From NCBI RefSeq assembly GCF_004010195.1, contig NC_057719.1, positions 32,837,931 through 32,901,930 of the forward strand: a DNA stretch of 64,000 bases. Direction: 5' to 3'. This document shows, in pieces, positions 37,450-48,671 of this stretch; within the stretch, counting starts at the first letter, position 1; every line of letters begins with the position of its first letter. The notes below the pieces were generated by a model. It had not been told where the DNA came from. It made no database searches and was given only the letters and a program-made list of their open reading frames with translations. A program made the translations under genes and the position numbers. Source of the stretch: Chiloscyllium plagiosum (lineage: Eukaryota).

Positions 37450-38390
37450 TACTGCCAAATGAATGGGACTGGGTCTTTTTGCCCCTCAGACCTCTTCCAT
37501 CATTCAATGAACTCTTGGTTAATCTGCAACCGAATTTCTTGGGCCAATATCCCTCAGCACCTTTGGATGTAAATAAACCCCAATCTCAGATCTAAAATTA
37601 GCATCTATCTATTGCTGGTGCAGAGGAGTTCCTTAATTCTACCACTTTTTTGTGTAGACTTTTCAAATTGTCATTTTGACTCGCTGGCTTTAATTATTGT
37701 ACAGTGCATGTGGCCCTATGCACCCCAGTGCTGAACTCTCTAACTCATAAACCAAGGGTAAATAGAGAGAAAATGGTTCCCATTAACGCCTTGACAATTT
37801 TGATCACATCACACCATACAATCTAAATTCCAGAGAATAAACACAAATTTGTATGGTCTACTTTAATTGAACCTTTGGAGTCCAGGTATCATTTGATAAA
37901 CTATGCCGTAGTCTCTAAATTCCTACATACCCTTTGTAGGATATAGAGCCCAAAACTGTTCCCATTACTGAGTGTGATCAAATAATGGCTTTGTATAACC
38001 TCTACCCCATTGTACCCTTGTCCTTTAGCACTGAAGGTTTGCATTTAATTGGCCTTGTCTGTTAGTTTCAGGAGATTTGTTTATGTCATTTTAAATGATC
38101 TCTGTGCTGGCACCCCAAAGACTCTGTGGATTTCTAGTAATTCTGGCTTTTCACCATTTAGATAGCATTCTCATGTATCCTTTTGAGGTCCAATTTGAAG
38201 TATCTCTACACTGAAATCCATTTGCCACAGTTTTTCCCATTCATGTAATCTCTCTGTGATTTTATGCTTCCATTTACATGACTTACAATGCTGCCTTTCT
38301 TTGTGGCATCAGTAAGTTTGGATATGCGCCTTTCTATCCCACTGTCTAAATGGTTAATAAATAGTGATTAGTTGAGTCCCAGCAAAGAAC
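37450..38390 (-). mobile_element. Very old CR1-like fragment
   Basis: Degraded reverse-complement RT motifs (ctgaaatccatttgccac; gtggcatcagtaagtttgg, K.ADxTK-like). Confidence 0.5.
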
Positions 38391-39669
38391 CATTAACCCT
38401 CTGCAAAAGGTGCTTCATTTTCACAAATGGCAAGTTCAATAAAACGACATGAAATAAGGAAGCGTAGAAAAGAAATATTAAACATTTCAAATGAATAAAA
38501 AGCCTGAGGAGAATTTGTTAAACAAGTCCCCAGTTTGGAGATTATTTGAAAGACAATGAACTCAGCCTTTGGTATCAGGGCTTCAGCCTGATATAAATTG
38601 GTTTGATACAGGAACTATTTTTTGCTGCACAAAACACAAACCCATCTTTGTCTCAAGTAAAGTAACCTTCTGTATGTAATCTTTAAATATTATAAGCTAA
38701 GATCATGCCATATTGACTCTAACAATCCATTGTGGCCTTATTGTAATGAAAACTGAATTTCTTTAATATTTGTTTTGCCTATAAATCATATATTCAATAA
38801 ATCATACATTCAATGAACACACAATATCTTTAAATTATTTCCTTTGTCATGAATGGCATAAAATTAAAACAGAAAAGACTTCAAAATGGTCGAACAAGGT
38901 GACCTCTTTCCAATGTTTCTATGACATTAAAAGCACTATTGCAGATAAAGTCAACCACCAAACTTGAAACCTGCAGCTCAAGATGAAACTTATGGCTGAG
39001 GCCTGATCACTAGTTAAAAGATTTGAAATAATTATTCAGACATATGGAGCAGTTGCTACAGAGTGTAGTTATGGCTCAATGGTAGCACTTTCACGTCTAG
39101 GGCGTAGATGGATGAGAGTCACCCTCATTGAAACACAAAGATGTTTGTCCTGGCTGATGAGGCTAGAATCAGTGGACACAGTTTCAGAACAAGAGGGATG
39201 CAATTTAGGAATGAGATATAGAGTAATGTTTTCCCTCCAAAGACATTTAGGGATGTAACAATAATGCAGGAGTTTGATGCTGAAGTACAGGATCAGTTAT
39301 GATGTAGATGAGTGGCAACTTCAAAAGAGCAAATGGCTTTTGCTGTTTCTACTTCTTGTGCTCCTGCAACTGAATGCAGAGCATAGATTCACTTATACTG
39401 TTCCTCTGGGTGACTAGAGTTTTGTTCCCTTGAAATATCAGAAGGAGATAAGCTGGTGGAATGAAATAGATCTGGATAGTGATAGCAGAGGAGTTAAGCA
39501 GCCAATTGTTCCACATACTCGGCTATGGAGCCTTAAGGTGGTCAATGGCCTGATGTGTCCAGGCAAAGTGAATGCAGCATATAATGTTAAGCTGACCTAA
39601 TATGAAGTTAAATGTGACTCAAAGTAAATATGATTTTGGAGCAGTGAGTGTCCACCTGGTCAAACAGCA

Positions 39670-40930
39670 GCATTGGCTCTAGGTTACAGCAAGATAAAGA
39701 TAGATTACCAGAGAAATTAGGAATAACATTAGATTCCAATAGGAGACACAAAAATTGCAAGAAAAAGCACAAAGCCTGAGGATTGGGAAAGGATTAAAAC
39801 CCTTCAAAAGATGACAAAAAGATTGCCCAAGTGGGGGAAAATAGAGTATGAGAGGAAACTTGCAAGAAACATAAAAACTGACTGTAAAAGCTTCTATAAG
39901 TATGCAAACACACAAAAAAAATGAAGACAATTATCTGTTACAGTCAGAAAAGTTGGAAGTTACAGTGACGGACAAAGAAATGAAGAAAGAATTGAACATG
40001 TATTTTTGCTGTGTCTTCACAAAAGAGGGTGCAAGTAATTTCTCTGAAATGTTCGGGAATCAAGTGTCCACTGAGAGGGAGAATTGAAGAAAGTCAGTAT
40101 TATTAAAAAAAAAGAAGAGCTGCAGAAACTAATGGGGTTAAAGTCTAACAAATTGCCAGTGCCTGACAATCTGTATTGCAGGATACTACAGGAAATGGCC
40201 CTGGAAATATTGATGCAATAGCATCATCTTCTAAAATTCTGGAGACTCTGGAACAGCTCCAGAGTGGGGAGTGGCAAACGTAACCCCAATATTGAACAAA
40301 GGAGGGAGGGGAAGAACAGACAATTATGGACCAGTTAACATCAGTAGTCGGAAGAATTCTGGAACCTATTATAAAAGATGTGATAACAAAACACTTGAAA
40401 TGTGTTAATGAGACTAGATAAAGTCAGCATGAGTTTATGATTGCTTAACTAATTCTCTAGAATTTTTTGGCAATGTGGCCAATAGAATAGTTAAGGGAGA
40501 ACCTGTGGATGTGATATATTTGGATTCTGAAAAAGGCTTTTGATAAGTTCCCACAGAAGAGTTAATGGAAATAATAAATCATGCAAGATTGTGGTAATAT
40601 TCTGTCATAGATTGAGAACTGGTTGACAGGCTGAAATTAGACAGTGGTAATAAATGGATCTTTTTCTATGTAGCAGGCAAAGAAGTGTACTGTAGGAATC
40701 AGTGCTTGGCCCCCAGCTATTCACAATATAGATTTATAACTTGCATAAGGGAATGAAATGCAATATTTCCAAGTTTGTTGATGACACAAAACTGGTCAGG
40801 ATTGTGGGTTGTGAGTAATAAGGAGGATGCAAAGAGGCTTCAGGATGACTGAGACAAGTTGGGTATATGGGTAAGCACGTGACAGATGCAGTATAAAAGT
40901 GGATAAATGTGAAGTCATACACTTCGGTGT
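39670..40930 (+). mobile_element. Older CR1 ORF2 fragment (tether and RT)
   Basis: ELNMYFCCVFTKE, W.VANVTPI..KGGR...DNYGPV, PVDVIYLD, SKFVDDTKL, with stops and frameshifts. Confidence 0.85.
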
Positions 40931-41600
40931 CATAGAGTCAAAGAGATGTACAGCATGGCACAGACTCTTCAGTCGAACTTATCCATGCTAATCAGATATC
41001 CTAAATTAATCTAGTCCCATTTGCTAGCACTCTATACCCTTCCTATTCATGTACCCATCCAGATGCCTTTTAAATGTTTTAATTGTACCAGCCTCCACCA
41101 CATCCTCTGGAAGCACATTCCATACATGCACTACTCTTTGTGTTAAAAAGTTATCCATTAGGTCCCTTTTAAATCTGTCCCCTCTCACCCTAAATCCATG
41201 TCTTCCCAAACCAGCAAAAAGAACTTGTCTATTTACCCTATTCATGCCGCTCATAGTTTTATAAACCTCTGTCAGGTCACCCTCAGCCTCTGACGCTCCA
41301 GGGAGAACATCCCCAGCCTACTCAGCCTCTCCCTGTAGCTCAAACCGTCCAGCCCTGGCAACATCCTTGTAGATCTTTTCTGAACCCTTTCAAGTTGCAC
41401 AACAATCTTTCTCTGGGAGGGAGACCAGGATTGCACACTATATTCCAAATATGATCTAACCACTGTCTTGTACAGCCACAACATGACCTCACAACTCCGA
41501 TACTCAATGCTCTGACCAATAAAGGAAAGCATACTAAACTATCTTCTTCACTATCCTATTTATTTCAGACTTCACTTTCAAGGGACAATGAACTTGCATT
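40931..41600 (-). mobile_element. Young CR1 3' fragment inserted antisense into the older CR1
   Basis: ORFs 41272..41532 and 41024..41254 match the 11600-12240 copy. Confidence 0.92.
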
Positions 41601-43238
41601 CCAAGAGGTATGGGGAACAAGCAGAAATATTGTAGTGAAATGGAGGATCAGCCATAATCATGTTGAAAGGTGGAGCATGCTCTTAGGCTCACATGTGCTC
41701 CTGGTTTCTACAATACAGCTCTGTGTTAGGCAGCATTAACTTCTGCACTGTCTGTTTTGAATGGCTGTATGCAGAAGTCACCTCTGTCACATCGCACACA
41801 GTTAGGCTCTCACTTCTATAGCTGTAGTCTGTGCTCTTGATGGACAAATAAAATGGAAATTTCTAATTACAAAAGAAAAGTGATTAAAATGTTTGAGAAA
41901 GATCAAGAACTGGAAGGTTGAATCTCCTGAATATCCTCACAGCTGGAGAAAAAGAGGCACTGGAGCTGGGAGGCATAAAGACAGCGCATAAAACGTTGGT
42001 GAGACCCAGACAGAGAGTGCCCAGGTCGATACAAAAACATGTTCCAGGTTATGAGTAGTCAGAGGTCTGGAGTCTCAAGGCCCCAGACAACCAGAAGATG
42101 ACTGCCAATGCCAGTGTAGAGCATGGAGCAGGAAATTAGCCTTTCACTTTTATGTCAGCTAACACTACATTCACAAGTAGTTGAGAAACTATTTGGATTT
42201 CAGAGGGTTAAATTATATGTTTAGATGTCACCTTGCTGCTTAATTGCTTATAATGAATTTTAACACGCTGCATCACAGAGATATTCCTTCAGAAATGGCT
42301 GGTTCAGCGTCGGTTAATGGGTGCAGTGAGAAAGAGCACACTCAATGACATCAATGCATTTCCCAAGCCTGAGACTCACATGCTAACAGCTTCTGATCTG
42401 TGACATTTTAAGGGTTTTTAAGAAAAGTACAACAGGCTACAGAAGCTGTAAGATTCACACAGGGGTGTGAGGAAAATTTGGGAGAAATCTTTCTATTTAG
42501 CATTAGAATTGGCTTTATTGTCACATATACTCAAATAAAAAGTGTATAAGTTGCTTGTGAGCCATAAGCCTATCTCACATGTATCATATTGTCTTTTCTG
42601 GTGCTCCTTTGAAGTTCTCACTGTACGATGCCTTGTCACCATTCTCCTCCATATCCTTATCCTTGAGGGAGGTATCATGCTCCTAGTTGTCTTCATTGTT
42701 CAACACTTCTCTGTATTTTAACACCAGGTTTTATAGTGAACAGCTGACTACAAAGATATGCAACAACTTTGCTGGGACATATTGAAAGGCTGAGGTATAT
42801 AAAGACCCTGTGAGTCATATCTTTGTAAGCAATGTTTTGCATGATGGTCACTTGAGTTGTCCTATGGCAACTATTGCATGTCTCCTCTGCATTTGCACTT
42901 CGTTTTCGACAGACATACAGAGCCAAAGAAGCACCTGAAAAAGCCAGGTATGTTGGATTACTGAAATATGACAGCATCGTGACAGTTTCCCAGGAACCTA
43001 GCACAAACCTGAAAGGTCCTTTTGCAATGCTCTCACACACACACACTTAGAGCAAGAGAATGTTGTTCCAGTTAATAGAGGCTGCTGTCTACTCTCTTCA
43101 GGGCCATATGTATGCAGTCGATAATGGTCCTGATTCCTATAGAACTCTCAGTTTAAATATCCAGTGCATATATTGACCCTTCCCCTTCAATAGATCATTA
43201 ATGACCATCTTGAGGTGGCAATGAGCTATAAAATATGA

Positions 43239-43293
43239 AGCTCCTTGGATGCTGCCTGAACTGCTGTGCTCTTCCAGCACCACTAATCCAGAA
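43239..43293 (+). mobile_element. 55-bp PLE family A fragment
   Basis: gctccttggatgctgcctgaactgctgtgctcttccagcaccactaatccagaat matches ~9393-9447. TSD tata(a/g)aatatga at 43227-43238 and 43294-43305. Confidence 0.8.
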
Positions 43294-44664
43294 TATAGAA
43301 TATGAGATCCCATAGATATCTATAATGGATCCTGGGAATGATCCTGAGGTGTTGAGATTCAGCACAACAGACGCCTTCACTACAGCAACAGGAGTGTGCC
43401 ACTTCCCCTTGGTCTCGGATCCTCTTCTGTCACTTTGTACAGTCTCCCTGGAGAGACTCAATCTTTGGTGACACTGCTGCTCTAGCATTTGTGGAAAGCA
43501 GGGCCTCAGAGGTCACACCTCTCTGGTGGGTAGTGTGATTTGTGCAAGAGGCTGGTAGTTCACCAGCCTGTGTTTTCCTTGTCCTTCTAGCCTCCTAATC
43601 CTGATGCCGGAGTGCTGCTGCACCCTCCCTTTCTGATGCTCCTAAATGAGATCTCAAGATCTGATTGAATGGGGCACATTGAAAATTGTTGCATTCAATT
43701 CTCAGGACCTTGAGCCCCAAACTCCATGCATACAACTACCAAGTTTGACAGCACAATCCATTATGTCAGATAGATTTGGATAGACTCCAGATTGGGATTG
43801 TCACTGCCTACTCTTTCACACCTTCCCTACTGCCACCACTTACAACGGCTGCTGACTACAGTAACAATGTATCTTCAACTGAACATCTACTTCCTTAGAG
43901 TTAGCGAAGATGAATTCTTGCTTTCTCATGCATCAAAATATAAAATCTCTGGTAAATATCTTTTCATGACCTAACTGTTTAGTATATATAATTACCTTCC
44001 CATTACCTTCAAGCATGACTTCTACCTACCAGAATGGCTTCCTGTGGGAACTACCCTCCCCAGTAGCATGAACACATTGCGCTTCCCTTCTGAAGCCATT
44101 TTGATATCATTCTGCTGCTCTTTATTTCTCTCAAAACCCCAGTCTAAAACACAATATGTCATGGCAACATGAACCACTGAGAGAATGCACAAAATTGATG
44201 ACAGAACAATGAATCACTCCTTAAAAAAATCAGTGTAATACATTTTCCACTTCATTTTGTTTTATAGGCCATTGGTGTGCTTATGACCTATAGTTGAATG
44301 TCTTTTTGACAAGATTCTCAAGTGTCATACACCAATGCATGTCTTAAAATTAGTCAAGGTTAAGGGACTGACTAAACTGTCTGGTAATTTTAGTTAATGG
44401 GCCTAATTTGAATAATTATATTGAATCAAAGAGCTTTTTCACCACATAAAAAGCAAGGCATGAAAAGGCTGCATCAGTGTTATATGATTTCCTTTCTAAA
44501 AACTGTAAATGATGCTCTGTATGATGAAAGGATGCATTCATATATTACATATTTTAAAATTTTAAACAAGCTGACATATTGCTGGATTTCTCTCAAGCAA
44601 TTTATCTTCAGAGTTTTTTATATGAATTATCAGAATTTGAAATATCTCTAAGTATAATTCTTAC

Positions 44665-44845
44665 CATCAGTGTACTTAATGACTCGAATGGTGGAATCAC
44701 CTTCTCCAAATCGTGTAATCGGTGTCAGACGAACTTCATAGGCCTCAGGCTTCAGTAATTCAGTCAGGTTGTGTGTGATTAATTCTCCTGATTGGATCAT
44801 AGTATTCATTGAAATTTCTTGTTCCCACCAACGCTGTTGGCCAGT
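44665..44845 (-). CDS. MDGA2: MDGA2 coding exon, C-terminal half of the fibronectin type III domain (181 nt, phase 0 to phase 1)
   Basis: Minus strand: ttttattttcag|ACT...GAT G|gtaaga. Translates [60 protein letters not shown], matching vertebrate MDGA2 as I recall it ([10 protein letters not shown]...[11 protein letters not shown]...[13 protein letters not shown]). Not in the ORF track. Confidence 0.93.
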
Positions 44846-45294
44846 CTGAAAATAAAATTAACAATAACACTGATCAAGAAACTGGGAATCACTTCAACAG
44901 ACTTGTCATTATCCATGTCACTCAGCAAACTGACAAGAGCAGAAAGAAACTCGAATCTGACTGCTGTTTGACAACTTAATGAAGGTTAAAATCTTCCATT
45001 TCACTAAGACTCAGAGTCAAGAACAAGACGAAAGTGAGCCAGATTTCTATCTGTGCTGTTGGTTTGAGTTGCAAGATTAATGGCTTAAATTTATCTGAAA
45101 GGCTGATTTTTCAAATCTTGATTCAGAGCCAGTGGAACATGCATCTGGAAGGTGCTGTAACAGAACAGTTAACAGTGGCAAAGTCACAGGAATACAGATT
45201 AAGACGACTATAGAAGCTGGAATAGAAACCTGGAAGCAATTGCACAGGTTGTCCATGCCTGTTTTACTTCCAGACCTGACTACTGAAATGGAAG

Positions 45295-45425
45295 TACAAA
45301 ACTGCAGATGCTGGATATCTGAAACCAACACAAAACATGCTTGAGAAATGCAGGTCTGGCAGCATCTAATGGAGAGAGAAAAACAAAGATAATGTTTCTA
45401 GTCCAGTACGACTCTTCCTAAGGAC
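45295..45425 (-). mobile_element. PLE family C 3'-end fragment
   Basis: actgcagatgctggatatctgaaaccaacac...ggtctggcagcatc...ggagagagaaa matches 21060-21185. Confidence 0.7.
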
Positions 45426-45581
45426 TGATCACCAAGACCATTTCTTCTTCTGATTATTGTAATGTACTCCTAGTTTTCATCCTGAGTTCTAAATTTGAAG
45501 TCGTTCAAAACTCTGTTTTGGTCCTAACATGCTTGAAATTTTGTTCCCTCATGACTCTATGCTCACTGATCTAGTTACAAT

Positions 45582-45903
45582 GATTAGATTCTCTACAGTA
45601 TAGAAACACGAACATCGGCCCAACAAGTGCACACCGACCCACATGAGAGTAACCCACTCAGACCTATTCCCCTGCATTTTTACCCCTGACTAATGTACCT
45701 AACCTATGGGTAATTTAGCATGGCCAATTCACCTGACATGCACATCTTTTGATTATGGGAAGAAACCGGAACACCCGGAGGAAACCCACACAGACAGGGG
45801 GAGAATATGCAAACTCCACACAGACAGCTGCCCGAGGCTGGAATTGAACGTAAGTCCATGGCATTATGAGGCAGCAGTGCTAACCACTGAGCTACTGTGC
45901 CAC
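45582..45903 (-). mobile_element. HE1/V-SINE-type SINE
   Basis: Full-length reverse complement of HE1. ORF 45704..45907 is its spurious translation. Confidence 0.88.
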
Positions 45904-46674
45904 TCAAAATGCATCCCAGTTAGACAATGCCTCAATTATGAAAGTCTCATTGAATCCATCTCCTCCCCTCCAATTCGCTAGTCTTAAGAGTCCCTGGTTT
46001 TAATTCCTCCAATGTTGGTGACTGTGCTTTTAGCTACCTGGGCCTAACCTATGGAATTCCTCTCCAGGCCCCTGTGTGTCTCCACTTCACTTTTCTTCTT
46101 TCAGACACTGTTTTAAACTCACCCCTTTAATCAAGGCTTTGGTCATTAGTTCTGATATGGTATTAAATTTTGCCTCATTTTGTCTGTGAAGCTCACAGGG
46201 ATGTTTTGTTCTGTAAAAGGTGCTAGATGTATGCAAAGTGTTGTTGGAGCAAAGAGTGAAAAGACAGAGAATTTTCAAATTAATTTGAATTAATTTACTG
46301 AAAGACAGGAAGCTCATGGAAGCCAGCGACACAAGGAGAGAGGATGCAGAATTTTGGTTGAACGGGAGTATGTACTGAAGAACATCAGGAAAACAATGAG
46401 AGGACTGTTAATAAATTTGAGTCTTGAGATAAAATAAGGTTTCAACAATGTAAGAGGTGACTGACAATCACCACGTTAAGGGAATGTTGCAGAATTGAAA
46501 GTATGTTGTCCTTTTGATGAATGGGATATAGAGTCAATGGGTCAGCTCTGGTCCAAATTGGATGCTGAGACAGTGTCTGGTTTTACCTTGCAGAGCAGAG
46601 AAGGAAAGGAAGGAAGAGTTCAGACCTTGGCAGGAATTGAATTACATGACTTTATGCACTTACTGTTAGAGTCA

Positions 46675-47060
46675 AAGATTCAGACAGTGTGGAAACAGAC
46701 ACTTCGGTCCAAGTGGTCCGGACCAACCATATTCTAAAACAAAACTAGACCCACTTGCCTGCATTTGGACTATATCTCTCCAAAGCTTTCCTTTTCATGT
46801 ACTTACCTAAATGTCTTTTAAACATTGTAACTGTACTGGTATCTACCACATCCTCTGGAAGGTCATTCCACACACTAACCACTCTCTGTCTAAAAAGATT
46901 GCCCTTCATGCCCTTTTTAAAACTTTCTCCTCTCACTTTAAAAATTTGCCCCTTATTTTGAACTCTTCGATCTTGGGGAGAAGACGCCTGCTAGTCACCC
47001 TATCCATGCTGCTCATGATTTTATAAACCTCTGTAAGGTTACCCCTCAACCTCCTACATT
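46675..47060 (-). mobile_element. CR1 3' fragment
   Basis: ORF 46745..46936 RGESFK...RVVSVWNDLPEDVV...FKRHL. Confidence 0.85.
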
Positions 47061-47290
47061 TAACAGAAGGTATGGACTATATAACAGTGGGGCCAGGAAA
47101 TTGGGGATGCCCAAGAGGCTAGAATTGGAAGAGCACAACAAATGATGCAGAGACTGGAGACATTTATTCAGATCCCCAAAATGAGTGAGAGAATGAGCTG
47201 TAATCAACAAGTGGCCATTCAATCAGGAATTAAACAGTGAGGTGAACCTGCAATATATTTAATAATACAGAGAGAGGTTTAACAAGTCTG

Positions 47291-47580
47291 ACCCTTCCTC
47301 AGAAGTTCTGGGGAGGGGTTACTCGACCTGAGATGTTGGCTCTGGTTTCTCTCCACAGTTGCTACTTGACCTGTTGAGCTTTTCCAGCAATTTCTGATTT
47401 ATAGCATCCACAGTTCTTTCAGTTTTTATTTTCCTAGATACCATCAGTTCTGAGGAAGGGCTACTCGACCTGAAACAATAACTCTCATTTCTCTCTGCAG
47501 ATGCTGCCAGACTTGCAGAGCTTTTCCAGCAGTTTCTGCTTTTGTTACAAATTTACAGCATCTGCAGTTCTTTTGGTTTA
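47291..47580 (+). mobile_element. PLE family C insertion: short inverted stub plus two direct tandem pseudo-LTR units
   Basis: Units ~47305-47435 and ~47445-47575, each starting gttctg(g/a)gga(g/a)ggg.tactcgacctga. aacaagtctg duplicated at 47281-47290 and 47581-47590. Confidence 0.78.
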
Positions 47581-47980
47581 AACAAGTCTGGAGTGTGATG
47601 GAATGCTCTTCACATGTCTGGATGGTTATAATTTCAGACTCATTCAAAAGGATCTACACATTCAGGATGAAGGAGCTCAGTTGATTGACATCCTATTTAT
47701 CATCAGAAAAAAAATCACTCCTTCTCCCAATGGAGTACTATGGCAGCTGTATGTACCACCTACCAGATGCAGTGCAGCAACGTATCGAGGTTTCTGCAGC
47801 ATGACCTTCTAAACCCATGACCTCTACCAACCAGACACACACAACGCTACCATTTTTAAGTTGCACACCTTTATGACTTGAACATACATCGCTTCATCAT
47901 TGCTGAATCAAATTCCAGAACTCTATACTTAACAACACAAAGGCAACACATTCAGCACAAGCAGTGAAGCAGTTAGTAAA

Positions 47981-48178
47981 GTTAAAAATCACACAACACC
48001 AGGTTATAGTCCAACAGGTTTAATTGGAAGCACTAGCTTTCGGAGTGTAGCTCCTTCATCAGGTGGTTGTCCGCTCCGAAAGCTAATGCTTCCAATTAAA
48101 CCTGTTGGACTATAACCTGGTGTTGTGTGATTTTTAACTTTGTACACCCCAGTCCAACACCGGCATCTCCAAATCATG
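47981..48178. mobile_element. Young palindromic PLE family B insertion inside an older LINE tail (~47590-48290)
   Basis: 68-bp inverted arms 47978-48045 and 48074-48141 with one mismatch. TSD gcagttag(t/a)aaa at 47969-47980 and 48179-48190. Confidence 0.9.
48031..48065 (-). ncRNA. Minimal type I hammerhead ribozyme motif (core intact), sense to MDGA2 pre-mRNA
   Basis: Minus strand CAC CTGATGA a GGAG-ctaca-CTCC GAAA gc TA GTG. Helix I CAC/GTG, 4-bp helix II, palindromic AGCT, CUA triplet. Activity untested. Confidence 0.72.
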
Positions 48179-48671
48179 GCAGTTAGAAAAGGCAGCATTC
48201 CCATCCCCTTCATAACTGTAATGTGGGATGGACAAATGTTGGTCTTGCCAGTGACATTCACATTTTGGAATGAATTATAAAAAAAAAATTAAAACCAATG
48301 TCTCAGAATACAGGTTTTAAAGTCACATAAACATTTTAAATTGATTACAATTTGTACTGCAATGATATGTAACTCTAAGACCAGCTCCTTGCCAAGGATA
48401 CAATGTCACAGTGAAGCTGGTTTTCTCCTCAATCTCCAACCTGTATTTGCTTGAGATCATTTCAATTCTATAGAATTCATACCAAGAATATGAATGTCAA
48501 AGCCATTTGGAAATGATAAGGCTGGAATTCCAGTCTTCAAACACACATTGACTTGGAGTTAGAAACAAGATTGTGGTATAATCCTTCACAGATGAAAATA
48601 TGAGAAAGAAGAGTCATATAGTTCAGTGCGCAAATAATGAAAAGCTAATAATTCACAAATATTGGCATTTA

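Noticed and set aside
42693..43046. 117-aa ORF in apparently non-repetitive sequence, and other short AT-rich ORFs
   Set aside because: No recognisable domain or supporting splice structure; lengths are compatible with chance.
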